The position numbers were made by a program, and so were the translations under genes. A DNA stretch of 64,000 bases from Octopus vulgaris (lineage: Eukaryota): assembly GCA_951406725.2 (NCBI GenBank), contig OX597814.1:81468001-81532000 (forward strand), read 5' to 3'. The notes below the pieces were generated by a model. That model was not told the DNA's origin. It did no database searches and saw only the letters and a list, made by a program, of their open reading frames with translations. Every line of letters starts with the position of its first letter. Positions within the stretch are counted from its first letter, which is position 1. Of the stretch, positions 12,291 through 26,400 are shown piece by piece.

Positions 12291-13074
12291 CATATCTGAT
12301 GCCTAAACTATAAAAATAAACATGCTTAGGAGGGATCCTCTACAAGGTCACTCAACATGCTAAAAATTGCAGCCAAATATCCTACAAACAACACCCTACC
12401 ATGTCAGAATGGAAGAAATAAAAAGACTAAGTACTTAGAGTGTGAATATTGTTCACAAGTTTCCAAGATCAAATCTTGATTTGGGTTTAAATCAGAACAT
12501 TTTTTTAAGAAAAAAAAAACAAAAAGACAAAAAATAAAGTTTTGAAAATAAGAGAAACAAGAATTTTATTTACATAATTTTGAAATAAACACTGAGTAAT
12601 AATCATTTTATCATTTGTAGAGATGGAGAGGGTTTGCAACACAATGAATAGCATTAAAAAATAGAAATAATTTAAATCCTAACTGAATTTAATGTTTTAT
12701 TTATACGTAAACTGGTAAACCTACACTGGATATTTCATACCACCAAAATAGATACGGTACTATAAAACAGAGACAAGTTTCATGTTAATAAACATGTATG
12801 GAGGGATAAGGGTGGAGGCAAATCCATGTACGCAGAGGCAAGTGTGTAAAAAAAAAAAATAACATAAAAATACAAGTAGAATTTGCTAATAGGATTCATG
12901 AATGGTGTGACTAAGTTGCGTCACAGTGCTGGATTTATAGATAGTGTGACTAAGTTACACCACAGTGGTATATTAAGTGAGATATATATATATATATATC
13001 AGCTGCTTTAAGTTGAACATATAAGAGAGAATACTTGATACATATAGTAGAGGATCAACTTCAATAAAAAAAAT

Positions 13075-13106
<32 letters not shown>

Positions 13107-13165
13107 GAACATAATTATATATATGTGAATAGGAAATGAAATGAGAAAGGAAAAAAAATCAATTG

Positions 13166-13377
13166 TTATGAACTTCATTAGTTTACAGATGTTTCTGCAA
13201 TAAGATTCAGTGGACTCATAGTCAAGTACCTGAATAATACCCTATAGCTTCATCAGAACCTTGAATATGAAGTCCTGTTAAAGGCTCCAATGAAGCTATA
13301 GAGTATTATTCAAGTACTCAACTATGAGTCCACTGCATCTTAGAGCAGTAACAGCTATAAGCTAATGAAGTTCATAA
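13166..13377. repeat. Imperfect inverted repeat of a hammerhead-bearing unit (Penelope pLTR-like)
   Basis: Arms 13166-13262 and 13281-13377 are reverse complements; the left arm reads CTGATGA...GAAAC ATCT GTA on the minus strand. Confidence 0.75.
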
Positions 13378-13569
13378 GATAACTGTTTTTTTTTTTTTTG
13401 TCACTTCATTTTCTTATTACCGCTCTATACTCATCTAAAACTTCATTCTGAAGCATATGTATATTGAAGTTGTTAGTCTCACAATGACTAAACAAAATAT
13501 TAAAATATATAGAGAGATATAATACATGAATATTTGTATGTTATAATCTGCGTATATAAACATATAATA

Positions 13570-13865
13570 CTAGATTGATAGACAGATATAATAGATAGAT
13601 AGAAGATAGATATGAGAGACAGATATGGTAGACAGACAGACATGATATGATATGATACAGACAGATAGATAGATATAATAGACAGATAGATATGATAGAC
13701 ATGATAAACAGATAGATATGATAGATAGATAGATAGACAGACAGGATAGATAGATATGATAGATAGATAGACAGACAGACAGGATAGATAGATAAACAGA
13801 CAGGTACAATAGACAGACAGACAGACATGATAGATAGACAGATATGATAGGCAGATATAATAGAT
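13570..13865. repeat. (GATA)n/(GACA)n compound microsatellite
   Basis: Directly visible. Confidence 0.9.
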
Positions 13866-15564
13866 ATACCTCAGATTTGTAGATTGTTTAACACACAGAG
13901 CACCAGATATATAATTATATAGAAGGCAACCATATACAAGCCTTATACAACTTCTTCACAGCTTGTGAACATCTACTCTAGCTCTACTAATGTATAAATT
14001 GTGTCCTATAACTTGATGTTTCCAATTTATTTACAAAAGAAACTTCCAAACATAGCACACACATTAGAAATCATGAATTACCACCCTGCATATAGATGTT
14101 TACTCCATAACTTTCAATAAAAAAAAAAAAGAGAAAAAGCAACCATTGGTTGGATGTTTATTTACTATTCCATCTATAGAATATGAAACATATTATAACT
14201 TTTTTTTGTTTTTCTTAGTTTTGATTTCTGATTATTTAATCCTCACTCTCTTCCCTGTGATCGGTGAGCAGGAAAAATATCCAAGATAGAGAGAAAAAAA
14301 TACTGAATGTAATCATTTAAAAATATTTTTAGTTTCTTTTTTACTTAATTTAAAATCATGTTTAGAAAAATAATAACATTTTGATTGAAAGGACAGCCTC
14401 AAATATTAACAATACTGTTACATGAACTTGCATTAAGAGTTTTTCCTATAAACAACTTATCAACAATCAAACTAATTATAACATAGCATTAAATCTATTT
14501 ACTTTTACTGAAACTAAAATATTTAATCAATATGCTATATAATACATCACAAATAGCAAGCAAGCACACACACACACACACACACCAGGGTTGTCCTTAA
14601 TTCGCAAGTGACTTGATTTGAGACAGTTTGTTTAAACTGATACCAATTACATTGTGGAAGCATTATCTTAACATCATTTAAGAAGACACCAAACTTTTTA
14701 ATATTTATTTTTGAAAATAGATGGAAAAGGAACAAAATAATCCTATTAGTAGAGCAGCAACTCTTAAAAGTTAACTTCCTTAATCTCAAATGTTTATAGT
14801 GATATCAAGAAAGTAACTATACCTGATTGCAATTTTCTAAGTTGTTCCTTTTGCAATATAAACTAGTAAATATTTGAAGCCCACTCACCCACACAAAAAT
14901 GAGGACATCTATTTGGTAATCAGCCTGTAAGAAATAGCAAGCAAATCTTCCCTCAAATTACACTCTACCATGTTAAAATAAGACATGTATCCAGGATAAT
15001 CTAGACATGAAAACAATAAAATGTCAAGATGGGGTGGTCAGAGCTTGAACAGCTTTCACATTATAGATCTGTTCAAAGCTAAACAACAACAATTAATAAA
15101 TATGAGTGAGCAAACGAAAGATTTCTGGTTACCAGTTCAGCATGAGACTACCAACAAACCCTCATCACCATTTTTGACAATGTGTAGTGAAAAGAAAGAC
15201 AAAGGCTGCAAAAGTACAAGATAAAAAAGGTTGAAATGGAAGCCAAAAGAAATTGCTTTAGAAGATTAAAAGAAATAGCAGCATGTACCATCACCATTAC
15301 CAATATCCCAGCTAATAACTCTCATAGCTAAGCCAGAATTAAATGTATTATTACATGCTATTTTTTGTATCACAAGACAAGAAAAAAACAGCAAATTTGG
15401 TGCAGATAGAAAATATAATCAACTCTGATATACAGTCTCAAGAAAATGCCAGATCTCTGCACAAACAGAATACATTTTTTATATACCTAAGACATTCCCT
15501 TAAAGAATACTGTAGACATTAATATTTTGTCTAATATTTATGATAAATGTGAAAATTTATAGCC

Positions 15565-15945
15565 ATGCATATATATATACATATATGTATAACGTGTGCA
15601 CACACACATATATTTATATATATATATATACATACACATTCATATATATTAGCATATACCTATGTATATACACACATACATATGCATATTTATACAATAC
15701 ATATATAGACATACATATGTATATATACACATATACATGTGTATATACATTTATATATCTACATATTTATATACATAAACATATATCAATATACAGATGT
15801 TTGTGTGTGTATCCATATTTGTATATTACACGTGTGTGTGTGTGAATATGCATACACATTGTGTATATATGTAAGCGTATATGCCTACATGTATGTATGT
15901 ATATACACACACACACTTATGTATATTATTCATACATATACAGTC
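15565..15945. repeat. Degenerate TA/CA/TG low-complexity tract
   Basis: Directly visible. Confidence 0.85.
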
Positions 15946-17329
15946 CAAACCCCTCACATATACTCACACAAGATCTTTATGTGAAATTATTAATCCAAAT
16001 TTTCACTTCAAAGCTTTGATTCCGCTAATGAAGTCAAGTGCAGGCAATAAAACTGAGCAACTTTTTTTTTTGTATGTGTAGACCTATGGTTGGTTCACAA
16101 ACCAATACACTATTAATATCATAGGTGGATAATTATTAATTAGTATCAAAGTTGAGCAATATTATGTTGTTATAAACAAATTGAGCAAGCATTTGCTCTT
16201 ATTTTAAATCTAAATTGAGCAGATAATTGAGCAGACATTCAAAAACAGGACTATTTTCTTTATGAATAGATAAAACAGACAACAGTACAGATACTATTCA
16301 TGTATCTGTATAACATTTGTTTGCCACATAGTTTTCTGGCTCCCCTTCTAGCATTGCAACAGAAGTGAAGTCTGATAGAATTAAACTCAGCTTCATAGCA
16401 TAGAGCCACAACACAACATATAATTCATATAAGATATATGATTCATGTTCACATCTTGGAAGCTTCAAGCATAGAACCATACTCCACTTTGCAAGGGCAT
16501 TCTATATTTGAGATACATGTGTGTATGCATCTCTCTCTTTCTCTCTCTCTCTCTATATATATATATACACACACACACACACATTGCTTAATGTCAGATA
16601 AATGAGAAAGGAGTGCTCAATACACTACTATGATTTTCAATGTTTCATCTGAAGAGCACAGTAGTATAAAACTCAGGTCGCGAGACAAGTTCTCAGCTTC
16701 AGTTTTATAAAAAATGTGTCTGAGTGTATGTATGCATGCACATACAAAAATGCACATATATATATATATATAAAGAGAGAGAGAGATAGAAAGATTAATG
16801 AGCAATATGACTTTGAGTAAAACTTCCATACATTTCAATAACAAAAAACAGCAATAATATTGATTTGTTACACTGATTGCAAATCCTCAATAGCACTTAT
16901 ACAGAGGGAGAATAACAATGAGACACTGTGATATCAGTATCTTATTCAACAGCATTAATGACAGCTGAGACAACAACCATAAACTGAAACTAGGTCTCAG
17001 TCAGAAGCTAAATGCTACACTGGAAATCAGCAACCTTAAAACCTATATAAACTCTAATACTTGCACTCAACACTACTCATCATTTATACATAAAAAAACA
17101 TCATCTATTACATATATATGTATACACACAAATACCTGTGTAGTTAAGATACAGCCTTTTCCATAAGGTATATTTAAGGTGACAAGCAGAGAGTCTGTAA
17201 ACAATTCTATTATCTCCTAGTGTAGGAAGTGCTTTACATCCAACTGACATACTAATGATGTACACTGTTAGGAAATATGACTGTTTAATTAGTTGACAAG
17301 TTTTCTAGTCATTTGTTTAACCTCCAAAA

Positions 17330-17387
<58 letters not shown>

Positions 17388-18144
17388 CCATTTATGTGTG
17401 TGTATACTCCCACATAAACACATGCCAATATGTATGTGTTTATGTGTTAGCTTTCTATATAAGGTTTTATTTTTATTTTGCAATGCTAGCAAAAGTGTGG
17501 GGGAGGGACTTTTATTGGAGCAATTATTACAATTTGTTACCATTTTTAATACAATGAAGTAGAACCTGCCTTTATGTAGTAAATAGATAGGTAGGCAGAG
17601 AAAGACAAGGAAGATTCAAGCAAACTAAAGCAAATAGACTTGTATATCTTTTCAAAGAACATGACACCAATATCTGTAGTCTATAGCAAGGCTTAAACTC
17701 ATTGACCTACATACATGTAAATTTTGTGTGTATGTGTGTGTATGCAAGTGTATGCATAAATCTCTTTAGCACTAACAAGAATGTATATCAGAGCATTTCA
17801 AAAAATATGTGGTTGTGTCAAAAAATCAATTTTAGCAAAAAAAAGAAAAAGGTATTTATCAAAATAAAAATGTTCTTTTACATTCTCAGTTGGGTTTGAA
17901 AATAATCACAGAATGAAGTGGGAGAATAGAGGGAGGAGCACTTTTGTATCTAACATTGAGCTGTAGAAATAATATGTTGCTATCATCTTTAACAAAAGGA
18001 AGATCTTGCTTCATTTAATAATTATTTGCTTTCATTTCAAAGTAAGATATCAACAAAAGGAAGAATTTGTGACAAGATTTTCATTTGTTTTCCCTCCCTT
18101 TCTTTTTTTTTTCTTTTATTTTTTTAAAGAGATTGAGATGGTGT

Positions 18145-18396
18145 TCATTCAAAAAGTGTATCAGAGGTGTAAGCACCAGCTAAACGATAATCTCCATCCA
18201 CCAATACACAGTACATCCTCTGAGGAAGAGGTCGAGAATAGGGAGCAGGCCGAGGAACTATGGTACGGAGGATGTATTCCCTCCCACTTGGTTCAGGAAA
18301 GTCAGGCACTGTACTTGGAGGTTTGTACTTCTCAGCTTCAGCATTGCCATTTGGTTGGTCTTCAGATGATTCATCTTCTAAAATAAGATGGGCTGC
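18145..18396 (-). CDS. RAB3GAP1: RAB3GAP1 exon 24 (last coding exon, TGA stop)
   Basis: AAHLILEDE...DFPEPSGREYILRTIVPRPAPYSRPLPQRMYCVL...RLAGAYTSDTLFE*, 252 nt. Confidence 0.96.
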   Translation of the reverse strand, partial: AAHLILEDESSEDQPNGNAEAEKYKPPSTVPDFPEPSGREYILRTIVPRPAPYSRPLPQRMYCVLVDGDYRLAGAYTSDTLFE

Positions 18397-20389
18397 CTGA
18401 AATTTTTGAGATCAGAGAAAAAAATTAATATTAAGTATTTTATTTTCACTACTTACATGATTTTTTAACAAGATTGCATAACAAAAGAACTCATTAACAT
18501 AATAATGAGCATTACTATTATCGTTGTCATCTTACTCAAAATTACTTTTGACACCATAAGATTATTGTTTAGCCTCCAAAATTGATAATCTCATAGTATC
18601 AATTACTAAATAGAGCCAGTCTCATCTTTATTGCCACTTACTGTTACCTACTGCCTTCCATAAAGAAGACAGTATTAAAAGTATATGTGCTTTTATTCTT
18701 GTTATATACACACACAGAGGTTTTCAGGCTGATACAGTTTTATAGCATAAAGAGAATGAGATAAATCTGTCCCAGTACTACTCTTGAGAATACATTAGGT
18801 TAGGTAGTGGAGATCACTAGATCTTCTATGAGTAGCAACCAAATCATTATATTGTTGTTGCTTAGGCCCCATATCAACCCTGATCAAGGTGATTCAAGAG
18901 AAATTTGGTAGCTATTTTTAACAAGTTTGTAACCACATTGCAGCTCATTCATTGGTTTGATTTCCATGAAATGTGAAAGCCTGTGTTTTCATCAGTTGCA
19001 CAGTAGTCAGTGTTTCTAACATGTTAATAACAAGATAGCAGAAAGATAATAAAACTAAATACTGATTTTATTACTTCACCACTCCAATAATAATAATAAT
19101 AAAACCCTTTCTACTAGAAGCACTATGCTTGAAATTTGAGGAAAGGGGCTTGTCAATTACATTAACCCTAGTTCTCAACTAGTACTTATTTCATCAACCC
19201 CAAAAGATGAAAGGCAAAGTCAACCTTGGTAGCATTTGAATTCAGAGCACAAGGCTGAAAGAAATGCCACTAAGCATTTTGTACTGCATGCTAATAATTC
19301 TGCCAGCTCATTGCCTTAATAATAATAGTAGTAATAATAATAATAATAATAATAATACTGATTTCTTACAGATTTACTTGAATTATTACATTACTCATGG
19401 ATAAATGTAAGCATAAAGAAAAGAATAAAAACAAAGAAATTATCAAACCTTTTGAGCAGCAACAAATAATTTGTGTATTACAGAACCAGCAGGTCCATAC
19501 GGACCTCCACGCACAATAACTTCTGATTGTTGCAAAAGGCTAGACACAAAGTGAGTGAGTTCTTCTTCAGCTTCTTTCTGTTCAAGCAAGTCTTTTGTGA
19601 ATTTGTTTTTCAGGGACTTGGCACGGGCAATCACTGTTTCAGCTAATGAGATCATTTGGATCAGATCCTAGCGAAAAAAAAAAAAAACTCTTGAACTGGC
19701 ATTTAATCTTAAGGCAGATAATACAAGTACTGAAATAAGATATACATTATGATAGGTAACTTTGTGAAGGTGATAGTGAGTCTCATAGTCCATTGATTAT
19801 CAGAAAGTGTCCTTTTTTCAAACTATACTTGTGGATAGATTTGAATTTATAGAAGCGATAATGATCATTTAATGTCCAGTTTTCCATGCTCACATGGGTC
19901 AGAAGGAATTTTACTGAAGTGGATTTTCCATGGTCAGATGCCCTCCTTGTTGCCAACCTCCACCTCTTTCCAAGTAAGGTGATATCAACTCCATACGATT
20001 TTATGGAAGATTGGGAACAAAGGACACTACTTACATGAAGAAAGTAACACATACTTGCATGTGTGTATGTATACATATATATATATACCTATTTTCAAGC
20101 AAGGTAATATTTCCCCATGATCAGATATGTTTTTCACGGAAGAATGGGAACAAACAATTTCGCTTATATGGCAATGATGCACGTTTACAGCTGTCACGTC
20201 TAGGCAAAGGTACATACATATGTATGTACAATGAGCTTCTTTCAGTTTCCATCTACCAAATCCACTCTGAAGGCTTTGGTTGGCCTGGAACTATAATAGA
20301 AGACACTTGCCCAAGGTGCCATGCAGGAAGACTGAACTCAAAATCACATGGTTAGGAAACAAGCTTCTTAAGCACACAGACACACCTAC

Positions 20390-20467
<78 letters not shown>

Positions 20468-23400
20468 CCTTCCCTATAGGCAGAATTAACTTGTAGTACA
20501 TAATGTTACATAACTCTCCAAGCAAAATAATCTCAACTAAGATATGAAAATTAGCAGTAACCTCACCTCATATTTCCGTACCCCAGGAGAGGTTGAACGG
20601 GTTACTTTTGCAGCTTTGGAAATAATTTGGTCAAGAAGTTGCTTCAATTTGGGAAACTCTTGGTCTTCTGCCAATAAACAAAGCACAAATCATAAAAATC
20701 ATATGAATTACAAACCAATGAAGGAAACTTGCTAAAAAGAGTAGCCACAGAGCTCTCAAATCAATCTTATAACCTTAAAAGTAGAATGACACATTGGATA
20801 ATGTAGGCTTACATACACTATGTCTTGTAAAATGATGGGATGCTCACAGTTAGAATGTCTTTTGCCACAGGTCACCTTGATCTGGCTGACCTGGGATCAC
20901 ACATCATATTCTTCTGCAGTTTTAGAATTTATACCATTACTAACAATAGCTATGAGGTCTGTCCATATCTATTATACTAACTATATGTCAAGAGAATTTT
21001 TCAGGATAAATGAGGCAACAGTAGTGTTTCTTTTCTTTTAAAAAACCCCATTAAGTTCTATAATATACAGGTATTAATGAAACACAAATTATATAAAATT
21101 ATATTTACCTTCTTGAATAATTTTCAGGATGGCAGTATGTGAAAGTACTGGTAACAGGTATTCAACAAGCTGAGGTGGTTTCAGAGACATCAAGAAATGA
21201 AGAACCTGTTGATGACAAACCCAAATCATGAGTGATATATGATATTTACAAACGATATGAGTGGTAAATTATGATAACAACTGTGTCCTTTTTATTACAT
21301 ATCTTCTGAATTTTCTGATTTACAAGATAACATTTTAACTTCCATTTCTCTTCCCTCCCTCCTTCCTTCCTTCCTTTGAAATCTCTGCATTCAGTTCTTG
21401 TGTTCTGTCTTTTCTCTTTCCTAGAAATGTATCCTTCTGAAACTCCCTCACTGTCTAATTCTTTCATAAACCTACGACATCCAATATTTCAAAATGACTA
21501 TTAACCATATTAGCTATATCTAATTGTATCTGTTATCCACTTAAGAAGAGCTTTGAAAGATTATAAGGAACTGGTCTTCTTGCACCTATAAATTTGGAAC
21601 CCTTCATTATCATCATTTTAATGTCTGCTTTTCCAAGCTTGCATGAGTTGGATTGGGTTTATTGACATAGATTTTCTGTGGCTGAATGCCTTTCCTGTCA
21701 CCAACCCTTACCTGTTTCTGAGTAAGGTAATATTTTCTCATGGCCAGACATGTTTTCACAGAATATTGCAAATGAATAACATTCATTTACAACAATTATG
21801 TAATGTCAGGACAAAAAGACACAAATACACACTCACACAGCTGAACTTCCAAGCTTTAATTAACTAAACAGCCATGCTCTTAAAGGAGGAAAGGTATGAG
21901 ACTGTGACAAAAACATTAATGGTATGAGTGAAGTAAAGTGGATTAATTTCAACCAGGAGATAAAAAGCAGCTCAGCATGAAGGAACTTTACCCTTGCTTT
22001 CCAAAGCTCGGAACTGTTATATGTCAAGTGTTTCATTATCCAAATAGAATAAGGATCCATACAACCAGTGTTCATCTCTGGATTCCAAAACACAAAATGA
22101 CAGATAACTATATATCTGTATAGGCTGCCAAACTTATCACAAATAGCTTTTCCTAATGGACTAACTGAACACAGTACTTCAAACCGACAAATCACTGGTC
22201 AATTCCAGTGTTGCCAAAACATAGATCAATAAGTTATACCCATCATAATAACTATTTGGAGCAAGGTGAGCTCAGCCACTGAGAGTTGTCTTGAGCAATG
22301 AAGAGATATAAACTGTTGACTTCTTAGTAGGGTGCTTTGTACTCTATCAACTCAACCATTTCTAATTATCCCTAACACAGAAGTAAAATATAACAAAAGT
22401 TGGGGTTTTTTTTAACCAACAAAAACTTACCTTCTCTGCTTCTTTAGTATCATCAAAAAGTCGTTTTTGTCTATGTGCAGGTACAGGACGAGCCCCTTGC
22501 CAAACTTCTGACCACATATTCCCAGGAATCTTCATTCTTTGACTCAACTGCCCTAAAAAATGAAAACATTAAATATTGTACAAATCAGTATAACAATACA
22601 ACTAAAATTACAGTATGCTTATTCTGGAACCAAACATGCATTAACATACAGGTGGCACAAACATTTCAAACAGTCCACTGAGAGAGCCCCAATGCAGTCA
22701 TTGAGCCTGCAAGAAATGCCAGTCGAATACTAGGGAAAATCATCTTATTCAAAATAGCAGTCAAATTCCCTTCAAAACACACCCAAACATTTTTAAAAAA
22801 GAATAGACAGTTAAAGGAAGGCCAGGAAGAGAATTAATAGGCATCGTTTGCTGGGCATGTGACAAGCAAATCCGAATTTTAAGTGGCACCACAATCACAT
22901 CAACAACAAAAATAATTTCTTTTATTGGCCATTCATATGAGCCCCAGACATTGAGAACAGAACAAAAGACAACTGCAAACTAGAAATAGTAAGGCATTTA
23001 CACTGAGTAAACAAGTAAGATCAAAAATATCTCAAAAGGAACATGAATAAAAAATAAAACAATAGAGAAAAACAAAATAATAAAATCACCAAAATAGCAG
23101 GGTGTGGGGGGCAATTAGGTAAGGTATATCAGAGCTTCCCCTCACAACCCTCACATTACCCTAACACACTAAAGGCAAGTTCCTTCTCTCAGTTTTTGCT
23201 GCCAGCCATCAACCACATAATTAGAGCAAGCCCGTTTAGGCATACCACTTTAATAAATTTTATGAAAGGTGGGTTACAGAGAATACTTGAAGTTGATGAA
23301 AGTATGCTCCAAAGAGACCAGCTGTGTCCCCTAATCCTTTCAACTACATTTATACAAATTCCTTTGCCACAGCCACCAAATAATGGAAAACTACTGATTC

Positions 23401-26400
23401 TTCTTTGTCAAAGGAAGGAATGAGTTGATCTTCAGAACAGACTCAACAGATAGCCAAATCTGTACCCTTACATGACAATTGTTAAACATAACCCCACAAA
23501 TCAGCAATATGTGCAAGACTCTATATATACCTCAGATGAGTCTGATGATTCTGGACAAGGCCAAAGACTTTAGAAAATTATCCCTAATTCCCAACTGAAA
23601 CTCCTTCAGGAAAGACAACACAGACTCTCCTCGCTGATGCTCAGAATCACATCATTATTCAGATTCTCCTTAATCCTCATTAAACTTTAAAATATGTGTG
23701 TTTCGTCATCTTCTATCTGCATTGTCGCAGATAGAATGCAGTGACATCAGGCAATAATGACAACATTACATGTGGTCCTAGGTTCCATCCCACTGTGTGG
23801 CACCATGTGCAAGTGCCTTCTACTATAGCCCTGGGCTGACCAAAGCCTTGTAAGTGGATTTTGTAAATGAAAAATGGAAGAAGCCTATCACACACACACA
23901 CACACACAGATATGCATATAATTCCTTCCCTTGATATCACTTGAGACATTGTCCATTTCTAGTCTTCCATGGAAAATGTCTGGCCATGGGGAAATATTAG
24001 CTTCCTTGGAAACAGGTGACAGTTAGCAGCAGGAAAGGCATCCAGCAAAAGAAAACCTACCTCAGCAAATTCTGTCTGACCCAAGCAAGAATGGAAAAGT
24101 GAACATTAAGTGAAGATGATAATGTTTCTTATTTCATTTACCTTTAACAACAACAGCACCATTCTCATCAACTTGTTCATCAATCCAATCACGAGGTGAA
24201 TACCATCGGACAAAGTCTTCTAACATACATCCTGGGTTTGCAGCCTGCAAAATAATTAAGATATATTTTTAATATAGGATTCAGTTACCAAATTTGATAG
24301 ATTCTGATAAGAGCATAAAAAGAAGTCGTTTTAGTTCCTTTAAGATTTTTAAATAAGTGAAAATAGAATTAAAAGGAAATAGCTTTAATATCACATTAAA
24401 AAATTTTGTTTGAAAAATCACGAATAATTTTTAAAAACAGATGTTAGAAATGATGTAAATTGATGAAGAAGGTCAAGATAATAAAGTTTTAATCTAAAAG
24501 AATTACAGTATATAGATTCATTCATCTTGGACCGGAGTTAACTTCCACTAGAATCAACTTTCATCTCACTGAATCAATAAAAATGAGTAACTGCAACGAT
24601 GTGATGTCAGTTCAGTCAGTTATACAACTCTCTTACAAAAAAACAGTATGGCCTTATGTCTCAAGGAGTAATTCTTATTAGGAAGAATAGGAGATGTTGA
24701 ATGGTTATATTACAAAGTAGAATAATATGACTTAGACAAATAACATTACCATATTTATCATAGTCTAAATAATCAAACATACAAACTGATTTGTTATTCA
24801 AAAGTATATATTTAGTCATAAAACATGCATTTCAAATATTTATTTTCCTTTAAATTTATAATTGCAAATCATGTTATCCATGTCATCACAGAAAAGACAA
24901 AAATAACAATTTACCTCTTTTTAACAGACACAAGGCCAATCTTTATGAAGAAGAGTATGAAAATCACCTGAGTTGACTCAGTATATATCTGATAGTTATT
25001 TGATCTTCCCAGAAAAGATGAAAGGTAAAACTGACTTCAGTTTTCGAACGAGATGAAGATGATTACTATGAATTCTATTCTACGGTTGACATACTTCACT
25101 CACAACATCTTATTCTTTTACTGGTTTCAGTCTTTTGACTAGAACCAAGCTGAGTTAGACATATTAACAGAGTACTTTTCCTGGCACTTATTTTATCAAT
25201 CTCATAAGGGATGAAATAGCTACATCCACAATGGTGTAAAAGGATGCAACTGGACTAAGGTATTTTTGTAATATCTTACCTATATATGATAAAACTCCCT
25301 TCAATAATACCACATGGTATTTTTGTAATACTTTACCTATACAGGATAAAACCCACTTCAATCACAAATGACCATGGGGTTGCACCTGAAAAGTTCCCCT
25401 CCAGGATTCAAGTCTGGGCAAGGTTGTTTGTGCAGTCACCCATGCATACCAGCCTCCCCTCTCTACACCACAGATGTTATCCAAGGGAAAGACAAAGACT
25501 AATATAACTTGGCACCAGTGATGTTGCAACTCATTTCTACAGCTGAGTGAACTGGAGCAACATAAAATAAAGTATCTTGCTCAAGAACACGACACACAGG
25601 AATTGAACTCACAACTTCGTGATTGTAAGCCCACTATTCTAACTACTGAGCCATGCACCTTCAATAATATATATATATATATATATATAGTGTGTGAACT
25701 GAAAACTTCATTAGCCATTACTCAAAGTTTCGTCTCCTTTGATGAAATTTTGTTATCACTCCTCCCTTATTATACATCCCTCTCCTCTCTTCACCATCTT
25801 TTATGCCTTTATCATTTTCACACTTTACAGAAGCTGGCATGCAAGCAAAGATGTGATTGTGAGATCAAGGACATGGCTATCTTGTGAAAAATGCACCCAG
25901 TACACTCAGTAAATTGCAAAGACCTTTTGGTCTTCTAGAAGACATAGCATCTCACCAGTACTGGTGCTCCAAAAAAAAGCAGCCAGCACCTTTTGTAAAG
26001 TGATTGGTGTTAAGAAAGACATCCTGCTGTAGAAATCAAGCCAAAAAAAACTTCAGTAAGACAAGACTCCACACTCGATTTAGGTGAACACACAATTGAC
26101 TGTAATGTCCTGTCCAACCCATATCAGTATGGAAAGAAGATGTAAAACGATGATGATGATCACATTAGTGAGTCTTATATTTTGAAGTCACTTGTAACAC
26201 ATTCCTGATTAAGAAAGGTTGTTAATCCATCACCCTGGCCTTCCCAAATTGCAGCTAAAACAAATAAGATTAATTAAAGGTTGCTAGAAGATTAGGACAA
26301 GAAACTCAGAGCAATGGTTAGTGTAGTTTTTAGAATACAATATGTTAAGATGAAACACTACAAAATGTATTGCATACTCTTTTCTTTTTTATCCTTTGTG

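Noticed and set aside
12905-12970. Two copies of GTGTGACTAAGTT...CACAGTG, resembling a recombination-signal heptamer
   Set aside because: A simple short tandem duplication with no nonamer or associated transposase.
16640-16700. CTGAAGAGC...GCGAGAC as a hammerhead relic
   Set aside because: The GAAA box is mutated and I could not find stem I or a cleavage triplet; too weak to call.
18006-18386. Plus-strand ORFs overlapping RAB3GAP1 exons (also 20544, 22475, 29497, 45256)
   Set aside because: Antisense shadows of real exons.
23140-23660. Possible L1/Tx1-like 3' fragment on the minus strand
   Set aside because: Only vague motif resemblance with many stops; insufficient evidence.
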